Source: a bacterium (GTDB taxonomy: Bacteria > Patescibacteriota > Andersenbacteria > UBA10190). Taken from it: a stretch of 64,000 nt of DNA. Where the stretch lies: NCBI GenBank assembly GCA_002686445.1, contig NZCO01000007.1:5483-69482 (forward strand). The letters run 5' to 3'. Below, piece by piece: positions 40,826-49,426 of the stretch. Numbering within the stretch: position 1 is the first letter of the stretch; each line of letters starts with the position of its first letter. The notes beneath the pieces are model-generated. The model ran no database searches. It was given only the letters and a program-made list of their open reading frames with translations, and was not told the DNA's origin. Position numbers and translations under genes: made by a program.

Positions 40826-41898
40826 AGCGTGGGATCAAGGGGTCGATATAGCTGATCGTAGTACTGGCCTGCGATGCGCGGCCATGCGTGTGCTTGTACG
40901 ACCACTCGACCGAAACTGGCAAGTCGCTGTGCCAGGCTCGGGTTGCGCGCCAAAGTGACCAGTGACTCAGCGAGTGTTTCTGGGTCGATTTCCTGACTGA
41001 CCAAGGCACTTCGCCCATGTTCAGCCAGATCGGGAACCATGCCTACATTAGTTGTCACGACTGGTATGCCGCTGGCCCAGGATTCCAAGAGTGCTTTTGG
41101 TCCGCCCTCAATCCGGCTGCTTATAAGATAGGCATCAAGAGCGTGATAATACTGTGCCACCATGTCAGCAGTTGATACATGCCCAATAGCAGTGTAGGGG
41201 ATATCGCATCGCTCTAGCTCATTCATCACATATCCGCGAGCAGGGCCAACAAGAAGAACGTGGATTGGTAGATGCTTGGCTGCCTCAACAATTGTCGCTA
41301 CGAGCACATCTGGACCCTTCTCGGGCTTAGGCGCCATGCCCGCTTCCCAACCGATGCCATCCTTTTGGAATGAACCGACTACAAATGCGTCGGGCGGAAT
41401 ACCTGATTGCTCACGAAGACTATCTCTTTGTGCGTCGCTCGCCGGCGAATACACGGCAGGGTCCACCCCTAGAGGGATCACCCGAATGCTTTCTCCTGCC
41501 ATCCCGCTTTCAATGAGCGCTCTCTTGGTTAGTGTGCACGCCGTGTGGACTAATTGCAGACTGTCCATTAGGGCGGGGAGGTGCTGGTTACGAGCAGCGC
41601 CTGGAATGAGGTGAAAAATGGTTCCGATTGCTCGGTTTGAGCTGTGCACTTGGCGGATTCCCTGCTGCCACAACATCGTGTGAAGAGAGCCAAAATGGAT
41701 AACGCTATTACGTATCCCCCACGTTGCTGCACTAATTCGCATTTTTGGCCCGCCAGCCGAGCTAAGGCCCCCTGCAAGGGCGCGTCCCGTCTCGCGGATT
41801 ACCCAGTCAGCAGGTTCCGTAAGGTAGACCAGTTGAGTGCGGTTGAGCGCATTAACAGCTGTGTTGTGTAATAACAGGGAAGGTGTTTTCCATGACAT
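40822..41898 (-). CDS. GT4 glycosyltransferase
   Basis: 'KGPD', 'SRIEGGPKALLES.ASG.PVV'; start uncertain (ORF extends to 41934). Confidence 0.85.
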   Translation of the reverse strand: MSWKTPSLLLHNTAVNALNRTQLVYLTEPADWVIRETGRALAGGLSSAGGPKMRISAATWGIRNSVIHFGSLHTMLWQQGIRQVHSSNRAIGTIFHLIPGAARNQHLPALMDSLQLVHTACTLTKRALIESGMAGESIRVIPLGVDPAVYSPASDAQRDSLREQSGIPPDAFVVGSFQKDGIGWEAGMAPKPEKGPDVLVATIVEAAKHLPIHVLLVGPARGYVMNELERCDIPYTAIGHVSTADMVAQYYHALDAYLISSRIEGGPKALLESWASGIPVVTTNVGMVPDLAEHGRSALVSQEIDPETLAESLVTLARNPSLAQRLASFGRVVVQAHAWPRIAGQYYDQLYRPLDPTL

Positions 41899-41944
41899 AG
41901 GACAAGTGTTACTCAACTGCGATGCACACGGCAAGCAGCACCGC

Positions 41945-42997
41945 CTATTTCAACGAATGAGTGGCGAAATATCTAGCGGTACGTAAGAAACTGATGGGGT
42001 GACGGAGCATGAGGGCTATATTGTTACGCAGGAATAGTAAAACCCGGTTAGCATCACTTGTTTGCAGGAAGCTGAGCGTTGTCTGGTAGTGGCCTGAGAC
42101 GTCTGGGAGAGGAATAGACTTGCTGCTTTTCTTGAATACAGCCTTTATCTCATCAGTGCCGGCCACCATGGTGAAGCCCGCCTTAGCGAACAAATATTGC
42201 AATAGGAGCAGGTCCCAATAGTAGAGATGTGCGAGCTGTAGTTCGCGGATGAGCTCCGGATATGGCCGCTCGGCCATGTGCCTTAGTCCAGGAACCTTCA
42301 CGTACACATGTCCGCCTGGCTCAAGTAACCTGTGAGCTTTGCTGAGCAGCACCAGTGGATCGCGCACGTGTTCGAGTGCGTCCGTGATAATCACGAGTGA
42401 AAAGCGCTGGCTGTCAAACGCAGTACCAGTAATTGGGTGGGGAATCACGGGTATTCCCCGTCCGTTGGCATAGGCAGCCAATTCGCTATCTATCTCGGAG
42501 CCCATCACCTGCCAACCATGCTCTTTGAATTTTTGCAGCACCCCTCCTGCGCCACAACCGACATCGAGCACAGAGCCAGGCGAGAAGTCATGGACGACTT
42601 CGGCTAATCGGGCGTATACGATGACACCGTGCTCCATTTGTGCGGCGAATAGTTTCTCAGGCGTATCATTTGCTGGAGAGGAATAGAGAGCACGGTAATC
42701 AGAGTTATAGAAGGTCTCCAGGCTGGCAGCAGTAAAGCGGGGCGTCTGCACTAAGAGGCCACAACTTGTACAGATGGCAGTACTGACCGGCAAAGCATGA
42801 CGGTCGCGACTCGCGATCGGCACAAAGGACGTAGAGTCGCATATACAGGCTGTAAGGCTGTCGATCGCATACTCCTGCCCTGTCATTGCCTTCAATACAC
42901 GCTCGCGAGCCTGAAGCTGGTCAGGGGTCATTTCTTTAGCTGCGGGCCCCTCCCGGCGCATCAACCTTTGGCCTATTAAAGCAGGCGTTGGGGTCAT
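41945..42997 (-). CDS. Class I SAM methyltransferase with N-terminal Cys (Zn-ribbon-like) motif
   Basis: 'CIC...CTSCGL', 'VLDVGCGAG', 'LEHV.DP', 'L.PGG'. Confidence 0.88.
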   Translation of the reverse strand: MTPTPALIGQRLMRREGPAAKEMTPDQLQARERVLKAMTGQEYAIDSLTACICDSTSFVPIASRDRHALPVSTAICTSCGLLVQTPRFTAASLETFYNSDYRALYSSPANDTPEKLFAAQMEHGVIVYARLAEVVHDFSPGSVLDVGCGAGGVLQKFKEHGWQVMGSEIDSELAAYANGRGIPVIPHPITGTAFDSQRFSLVIITDALEHVRDPLVLLSKAHRLLEPGGHVYVKVPGLRHMAERPYPELIRELQLAHLYYWDLLLLQYLFAKAGFTMVAGTDEIKAVFKKSSKSIPLPDVSGHYQTTLSFLQTSDANRVLLFLRNNIALMLRHPISFLRTARYFATHSLK

Positions 42998-43007
42998 GGT
43001 TCTTGGT

Positions 43008-43997
43008 CTAAGAGGAGGTCAGTGCCCGAGTGTACTCGCGCGTCATGTGTGGCAGGGTAAAGCGCCTTGGTAAGAGAGGACGTGGAATTCGAGTCAGGGT
43101 GATGCAGCTGGCCATAGCGTGAGCAAATGATTCTGTATTAAACGACTTGGCACCTTCGCCTCGAGTTCGGACTGGCAGCAGTACCCCTGCGTCTGCTGCG
43201 ACCAGTTCAGACATGGCGCCATCGGCTAGGCCGCAGATCGGCAGTCCACAAGCCATCGCCTCAATGACGTTGTTGGGGCAGGGCGGATTACGATGAGTCA
43301 GTGCGAACACATCAGCGCCGCGCGCATAGCGCGGAATATCTGAATTCGGAACAATCCCTCGGAATTCGATGGCGTCGTGCTTATGTTTCTGGGGCCGATC
43401 AGCAACCGCACCTACAAAGTTGCCGAGTATGACTAACTTCGCGTTAGCTTCAATCTGTCGACGGTACTCGTGGAACGATGCTACTAGTGGGTCGATCTGG
43501 TCAGGCCTGCGGAAGCGAGACCAAGTAATGAAAACATGTTGATCGGGATTATCGCGTAACTCCTCGACTGGCCCGTCAGTGGAGAAGAGTTCAGTATCGA
43601 CGCCGTTATATATGACAGTCGATGGAGTCTCGGTTGCTTCATTTGACCACAAAAACTTGTCACACTGCGCTTGAGAGAACTCGCTCTGATAAATAAAAGA
43701 ATCCGCGAAGTATTTCCTAATGATCGACAGCGGCAGGTTGTGCAACCGCCACCAGACGCCTGCGCTGGAACCCGGGTAGAACACACCGTCGAGACGCTGA
43801 ACTATACGACGACGGCGAAATCTAGCATGCAGCAGAGCAGAATATGGCGCGCGCGGGCTGGCTAGAAGTACATCATAATGAGCTGGCTTCTTGAAATATA
43901 CTTGATGACCTAAGTGCTCCATCCCAGCGCGCAGCTTTAGAGCAAAGGAGGAAGTGCCACCGGTTGGCTTGATGCGTTTCGGTAACCAAATTTTCAC
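43008..43997 (-). CDS. GT4 glycosyltransferase
   Basis: 'IYNGVD', 'CPNNVIEAMACGLP'. Confidence 0.87.
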   Translation of the reverse strand: MKIWLPKRIKPTGGTSSFALKLRAGMEHLGHQVYFKKPAHYDVLLASPRAPYSALLHARFRRRRIVQRLDGVFYPGSSAGVWWRLHNLPLSIIRKYFADSFIYQSEFSQAQCDKFLWSNEATETPSTVIYNGVDTELFSTDGPVEELRDNPDQHVFITWSRFRRPDQIDPLVASFHEYRRQIEANAKLVILGNFVGAVADRPQKHKHDAIEFRGIVPNSDIPRYARGADVFALTHRNPPCPNNVIEAMACGLPICGLADGAMSELVAADAGVLLPVRTRGEGAKSFNTESFAHAMASCITLTRIPRPLLPRRFTLPHMTREYTRALTSS

Positions 43998-44788
43998 AGG
44001 AACTTCCTGACCAATGTCTTTACTGGCTGTGGTATCGCGAGCATCGCCACTGGCTCAAGCAAGCTTAGATAGTGAACAGGGGACGGTCGATACAGGCGCA
44101 GATACTTCTGAGTCAGTTGAATACTCTGGCGTATTTGTGCCCTTCGCTTGGCCTGGGAGCGAGGCAAGTCAACGCGTCGGGCACACAGAACTTCTGGAAG
44201 GTTCGCAAACTTCGTGTGCGGTAACAACCGGTACCACAAGTCGCGGTCTTGTGCGTAGCGCAATTTATTGTCATACCCGTCTACCGAATCAAGCACTGAT
44301 CGGCGCATGAGAACAGTGCTATGTCCAAGGGGATTGCGCTGCCACATGTTCGCGCGTATCTCTGCATCAGTAGTGGCAGGTCGTATTATAGTCTCGCCAC
44401 GCTCGCGCACGTTCTGATACCAGGTGCCGACTACACCTACTTCAATGTGGGCGGCAAGAAATGATGCTTGCTTGTGCAGCTTTCCCTCGAACCATTCGTC
44501 GTCATCGTCGAGCCGCGCGACATATTCTCCCCGGGCCGCATTTAAGCCTTGGTTTAAGGCCTTGGTCAGTCCGATATCCTCCGTGTTCGTTAGGACGCGT
44601 ACGGACAATCCACGCTGCGCCCGCTGCCACGAATGCATCAGTTCTGCCGTTGTGTCTGTTGACCCGTTATCGATAAGGATTACCTCACCGTCGTGGTACT
44701 GCTGTGCGCTGATACTAGCCAGCGCCGCCTCGATGGTGCCCGCACCGTTGTGACTCACTAATATGGTACTGATCGTGGGAAAACTCAT
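43994..44788 (-). CDS. GT2 glycosyltransferase
   Basis: 'IDNGSTD', 'ALN.GL..ARGEYVARLDDDD', 'AQD.DLW'. Confidence 0.88.
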   Translation of the reverse strand: MSFPTISTILVSHNGAGTIEAALASISAQQYHDGEVILIDNGSTDTTAELMHSWQRAQRGLSVRVLTNTEDIGLTKALNQGLNAARGEYVARLDDDDEWFEGKLHKQASFLAAHIEVGVVGTWYQNVRERGETIIRPATTDAEIRANMWQRNPLGHSTVLMRRSVLDSVDGYDNKLRYAQDRDLWYRLLPHTKFANLPEVLCARRVDLPRSQAKRRAQIRQSIQLTQKYLRLYRPSPVHYLSLLEPVAMLAIPQPVKTLVRKFL

Positions 44789-45858
44789 GGTGTCGTGACT
44801 CGCTCCAGGACTGCTTCCCACTTGCTCGCAATGACAGCAGGCGCGTGGTGCTCTCTCACGTGCGCCTCAGCGGCGTGTGCGAGCGTAGCCCTCGTGTCGG
44901 CGCTCGTTAGTACCCGCACTAGTTGCTTGGCGAAGTCTGCTGGATCACCAGCGGTCGCCAGTAATCCATTTTGATCGTGAGAAATGACAGCCTTGTTGGC
45001 GGGTATGTCAGAAGCAACCACGGGTAAACCAGCGGCGAGTGATTCTAATAACGCATTGCTCATGCCCTCAGCCAGAGAGGGGAACACAAAAACGTCGCTA
45101 CCAGCCAATATGTGCGGCACATCACGACGTCGCCCTAGTAAGCGAACGCGTTGCGATAGTCCGAGCTTGATGATCTGCTGCTCGATTCTAGCTTGCTCCG
45201 GGCCCTCACCGATCAGAAAGCAGTTCCATGAGACGTGAGTCGGCAGTAGGGCAAGCGCTTGTAGCAAAGTGTTGTGTCCTTTACCTGCTCGTAAATTACT
45301 GACACAGGTGATAGCGATGTCCTCAGGCCCCAGACGTAGAAGAGCGCGCGCCTCATCTCGCTCTTGGGCAACATCTAGGCCAACCGCATTAGGAATGACT
45401 GTTGTCTCACCCGAGGGGAATCTTTGTTTGGCCACTCCCGTTTGCACTACATACTCAGTGACCAGCGGCCGCGTCAGTCGGTCCGGTAAGCGAAGATATG
45501 GTCGGCGATGATAGCTACTGCGCTGGGCGGAGACCACCGGAGTACCTGTTCGACGAGCAGCCAGGCGTCCGATCATGTCCGCTTGGGGTAGATAGGTGAC
45601 TATCGCTTTCGCCTTGGTCGTAAGTAACAGCAGCTGAACCCGGCGAATCAGCCGCAGGTCAAAGCGATTACTGCTACCCAGCGTGTGCACAATAATGCCC
45701 GCATCCTCAAGGTCCTTGTGCAGCGGCCCAACTTGGCCCAGGCAGCACACTTGATTATCAAAATTGTTTTGCATGTGCGGCAGCAGCGTTACGAGACTCA
45801 GCTCTGTACCGCCTAATTCAAGCTGGTTGATCAAATGTATTACTACTGGCTTAGCCAT
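44785..45858 (-). CDS. GT4 glycosyltransferase
   Basis: 'LGGTE', 'KGH', 'EGMSNALLESLAAGLPVV'. Confidence 0.9.
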   Translation of the reverse strand: MAKPVVIHLINQLELGGTELSLVTLLPHMQNNFDNQVCCLGQVGPLHKDLEDAGIIVHTLGSSNRFDLRLIRRVQLLLLTTKAKAIVTYLPQADMIGRLAARRTGTPVVSAQRSSYHRRPYLRLPDRLTRPLVTEYVVQTGVAKQRFPSGETTVIPNAVGLDVAQERDEARALLRLGPEDIAITCVSNLRAGKGHNTLLQALALLPTHVSWNCFLIGEGPEQARIEQQIIKLGLSQRVRLLGRRRDVPHILAGSDVFVFPSLAEGMSNALLESLAAGLPVVASDIPANKAVISHDQNGLLATAGDPADFAKQLVRVLTSADTRATLAHAAEAHVREHHAPAVIASKWEAVLERVTTP

Positions 45859-45867
45859 ACTCTAATG

Positions 45868-47010
45868 CTAGGGCTTAACGACAGTCAGGAGCAATGCGTC
45901 ATACTTCTTTGTGGCCGCCGCCCACGAAAAACGCTCCTCGAGCTTTGAGATCGAGTCACGGCCTGGCGTCGCACTAGTTTTAACCCCAGCGCCGATAGCG
46001 TCTGCCAAGGCTTCGATACTACGAGGTGGAACAAGCGTGACATCCTGGATTTCGCTCGTACCGCCTACATCTGTCGCGATCGTATAAGAACCGGCCAGTT
46101 GAGCTTCGATGACTGCCGATGGAAGACCCTCTGTGTAGCTAGGGTTAACGAAGATATTGGAAGCTTTGAGAATTCCAAGGACTTGCGGCCTGTCCCTCTC
46201 CCCAGCGAAGTGTATGCGAGCATTGTCACCTGCTTGGTGCTTGAGCTGTTCTGCCTCCGGCCCATCTCCAATTATCAGCAAGTGAGCGCTCGGGTCATCC
46301 AAGCGAGCAAAGGCCGTCAGCAGATCGCTCACGCCTTTGCCTGCAATGAGCCGCCCGGCATACACAATCACGGGCGCTCCAACCGGGATCCCATGCTCAC
46401 CAACCAGGTCCGCGGGCTCCGCGGCGGTGATAGAGGCAGCATCAATGCCACGATAGATGACCGTAGCGGGCCGTCCAGTCAGCTGCTCGACAAAGTCAGC
46501 GCTCGCCTGAGAGTTAGCCACTACGGCCCCGGCCCGCCTAAGTACAGCTCGACCCAGTGTTATATCGTACCAATGCGCCATTAGGCCCGTTAGTGAGCGC
46601 CCAAATTGGGGATAGTCTGATCCGTGCTCAATATGCAGCCAGGGAGTCTGCCAGCGGTAGCTCGCTAACCAGGCTAGAAGTGACGTGCTAAAGAACCGCG
46701 TTCGAGAAATGACCACTTCGGGGTCCCAACCGCGTGCTTTCCTCCACATGCACCAGAACAATGGCCGCCAGATATGCGGAATTGGGTAGTTCGGTATGAT
46801 CTCACTTGCTGGAAAGCGTAGGATGTGCAGATTGTCCTCTACGGTCTCACTGGCTTTTGTTTGAGCGTCCAAACGAGGGGTAAAGACGAGAATTTTATGT
46901 CCCGCCTTGACCATCTCATGATTAAATTGCTCCGCATGGTTCTGTAAGCCCCCAATACTAGGTGGATAGAGAGGGGAAAATACTAGTAGTTTCTTTCCTG
47001 GTGGTGTCAT
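45868..47010 (-). CDS. GT4 glycosyltransferase
   Basis: 'YPPSIGG', 'GRLIAGKG', 'EGLPSAVIEA'. Confidence 0.9.
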   Translation of the reverse strand: MTPPGKKLLVFSPLYPPSIGGLQNHAEQFNHEMVKAGHKILVFTPRLDAQTKASETVEDNLHILRFPASEIIPNYPIPHIWRPLFWCMWRKARGWDPEVVISRTRFFSTSLLAWLASYRWQTPWLHIEHGSDYPQFGRSLTGLMAHWYDITLGRAVLRRAGAVVANSQASADFVEQLTGRPATVIYRGIDAASITAAEPADLVGEHGIPVGAPVIVYAGRLIAGKGVSDLLTAFARLDDPSAHLLIIGDGPEAEQLKHQAGDNARIHFAGERDRPQVLGILKASNIFVNPSYTEGLPSAVIEAQLAGSYTIATDVGGTSEIQDVTLVPPRSIEALADAIGAGVKTSATPGRDSISKLEERFSWAAATKKYDALLLTVVKP

Positions 47011-47019
47011 ACTGATTTT

Positions 47020-47751
47020 ATGAGTGCTAAACAGCGTATCTGCGTCATTATTCCAGCCTACAACGAAGCTGAGACATTACCAGCAGTGATAGAATCCGTT
47101 CGCAGGGAGTTGCCGGAGGCTGACATGGTTGTCATGAACGACGGCTCCGTGGATGCCACTAGTGATATTGCCCACGGCTTGGGCGTAACGGTGCTCGACT
47201 TGCCAATTAATTTAGGTATTGGCGGCGCCGTGCAGACTGGAATCAAGTACGCCTGGCGCAATGACTATGATGTTGCCGTTGAGCTTGATGGCGACGGTCA
47301 ACATAATCCGAGCTACGCACGTACTCTGGTCGACGGGCTGGAGGAAGACGGTGGATCCGACCTGGTTATTGGTAGCCGGTTTGTGGCCAGCAGTGATTAT
47401 CGCTCGTCTCCCATGCGACAGTTTGGTATCCACTTGTTCTCGTGGCTGATAAAGCTGATGACCGGAAAACGCGTATACGATTCAACCTCTGGTTTTCGAA
47501 CCTACAACCGACGGGCCATGAAGTACCTCAGCCACGACTACCCGGCTGATTTTCCAGAGCCGGAGTCAATTGTCATGCTGCTATCACGAGGTTTTCGCAT
47601 TAAGGAACTACCAGTTGAGATGCGTGAGCGCCAGGGCGGAGTGTCAGTGGTAGCCAGTGATGTCAGCTGGAAGGCAATATATTTCGTAGCCTCAAACGCC
47701 ATCGCCATTGTGCTAACGGGAGTAACAACACGCTATGTCACTTCTCGCTGA
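47020..47751 (+). CDS. DPM1-like GT2 (polyprenyl-phosphate sugar synthase)
   Basis: 'IPAYNE', 'NDGS.D', 'N.G.GGA', 'DGDGQH', 'GSRF', 'D.TSGFR'. Confidence 0.88.
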   Translation: MSAKQRICVIIPAYNEAETLPAVIESVRRELPEADMVVMNDGSVDATSDIAHGLGVTVLDLPINLGIGGAVQTGIKYAWRNDYDVAVELDGDGQHNPSYARTLVDGLEEDGGSDLVIGSRFVASSDYRSSPMRQFGIHLFSWLIKLMTGKRVYDSTSGFRTYNRRAMKYLSHDYPADFPEPESIVMLLSRGFRIKELPVEMRERQGGVSVVASDVSWKAIYFVASNAIAIVLTGVTTRYVTSR

Positions 47752-48178
47752 ACTATTTGCACCGACAATACCCGGACGAGTTCAAGCAGTGGCTGTCGCC
47801 AGCAGTGTAGTGCTATTGGGCGCGGTCATACATTTCATCCGGCGCGGGCAGTTGAAGGCTGGGTATTCGATCATCTGGTTTGTCATCGGACTAGCGCTCG
47901 TTGTTTTGTCTTTAGCGACTCGATTACTCGACAGCTTCGCCCGACTCGTAGGGATCAACTATTCGCCAGCAGCGCTCGTGCTAGTGCTCGGTGGTGGATT
48001 ATTCATCTTGGCACTACACTACTCAGTTATGGTTACCAAGCACGATCGACGCATTCGCGAGCTCGCTCAGGAACACGCGCTGCTCAAGGCGCAGCTGCGA
48101 CTGGAAAAACAATCACCCGTTACCGGTGTGAGCGTTGCTGCCTCCGAGCCGCTGCCCCTTAAGGAAAAGGTGCAATGA
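47735..48178 (+). CDS. DUF2304-family membrane protein
   Basis: 3 TM segments, 'YS..W', 'A.LVGI', 'I.ELAQE.ALL'; directly follows a DPM1-like GT2. Confidence 0.8.
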   Translation: MSLLAELFAPTIPGRVQAVAVASSVVLLGAVIHFIRRGQLKAGYSIIWFVIGLALVVLSLATRLLDSFARLVGINYSPAALVLVLGGGLFILALHYSVMVTKHDRRIRELAQEHALLKAQLRLEKQSPVTGVSVAASEPLPLKEKVQ

Positions 48179-49155
48179 AAATCTTAGTTACCGGCGGGGC
48201 TGGCTTTATTGGCTCGCACTTGGTTGAGTTCCTCTTGAAGCATGGTGATGAGGTGATCGTTCTTGATGATTTATCTACTGGACGACTTGAAAATTTAGCC
48301 GACGTGGCGGAGCATCCCGCGTTACAGGTGACGGAAGGCAATGTTACTGACGAGAAGCTAGTTGATGAGCTCGTGCCCAACGTGGATGTCGTGTATCACC
48401 TAGCCGCTTCTGTCGGAGTGAAGAATATCGTCGATAATCTAGTCGAGTCGATTGAAAACAATGTGCGTGGCACGGAAGTAATCTTACGAGCGGCATCAGA
48501 TAATATGAAGCGCATACTACTAACGTCAACCTCTGAAGTGTACGGCCGGACGAACGACGAACCATTTCGCGAGGACGATGATCTACGTATAGGGCCGACG
48601 CGCAAAACGCGCTGGTCGTATGCCTGTTCCAAAGCACTCGATGAGTACCTAGGTTTCGCCTACTACCACGAACGCCAGCTACCGGTGACCGCAGTCCGGC
48701 TCTTTAACACCGTGGGCGAGCGACAGACAGATCAGTACGGCATGGTGCTGCCCACGTTTGTACGGCAAGCCGTTGCCAATGAGCCCATCACCATTTACGG
48801 CGACGGCTCGCAGTCCCGCTGCTTTTGTCACGTAAGCGATGTAGTAACCGCCATACATGGATTAATGAGCAGCCCGGAGACAGCTGGCGAGGTTTATAAC
48901 ATCGGGAGCACAGAAGAGCTTTCGATGAACGACCTGGCCGAGCGAGTACGCACTGTGCTTGGTAGTACCAGTGAAATTACGTATGTGCCGTATGCGGAGG
49001 CGTATAAGGTGGGGTTTGATGACATCTCGCGACGAGTGCCAGATATCAGCAAATTGCTGTCGACTATGGCGTGGAAGCCAACCATCGGCCTTGATGAAAT
49101 CATCACCAGAGTCGCGGCAGCCCAGCAGGAACAGCGAGTGGCAGAAAACGCGTAA
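48175..49155 (+). CDS. NAD-dependent epimerase/dehydratase
   Basis: GGAGFIGSH, TSEVYG, Y..SK, GDG.QSRCF. Confidence 0.9.
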   Translation: MKILVTGGAGFIGSHLVEFLLKHGDEVIVLDDLSTGRLENLADVAEHPALQVTEGNVTDEKLVDELVPNVDVVYHLAASVGVKNIVDNLVESIENNVRGTEVILRAASDNMKRILLTSTSEVYGRTNDEPFREDDDLRIGPTRKTRWSYACSKALDEYLGFAYYHERQLPVTAVRLFNTVGERQTDQYGMVLPTFVRQAVANEPITIYGDGSQSRCFCHVSDVVTAIHGLMSSPETAGEVYNIGSTEELSMNDLAERVRTVLGSTSEITYVPYAEAYKVGFDDISRRVPDISKLLSTMAWKPTIGLDEIITRVAAAQQEQRVAENA

Positions 49156-49226
49156 AAGCGTCTTGAAACGGCGTTGACACCAAAAGCTCGTGTGCCATGG
49201 TGTGTGATATCGTAGCCTAAGTCACA

Positions 49227-49391
49227 GTCCACAAATAACTTAGTTATCTCTCGCCCACTATGCACCAATCTACAACTTTTACTTCGTCACGAAACACTCA
49301 CCGTAAGTTGATTACGCCTCATGTTTCGCTCGGTCGTAAAAGTCGTATCTCGGCACATATTGAACGAGATATGCCCAAGTTATTTGCGGAC
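49227..49391 (-). ncRNA. Putative 165-nt rod-like structured RNA (or hairpin element)
   Basis: Nested inverted repeats over the whole length; seven G-U pairs and no A-C pairs in the stems on the minus strand; candidate promoter immediately upstream. Confidence 0.55.
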
Positions 49392-49398
49392 GGCGCCT

Positions 49399-49426
49399 AA
49401 GATACATGAGACAGTTATATCGACAA
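49399..49426 (-). promoter_or_regulatory. Candidate promoter for the rod-like RNA
   Basis: Minus strand TTGTCG (49426-49421), 16 nt, TATCTT (49404-49399), 7 nt, then the first base of the hairpin (49391). Confidence 0.4.

Noticed and set aside
49227-49391. 6S RNA, SRP RNA or simple terminator
   Set aside because: The apparent plus-strand bubble pairs via G-U on the minus strand; no SRP motif; too long, with no U-tract. A divergent 6S cannot be fully excluded without cmscan.
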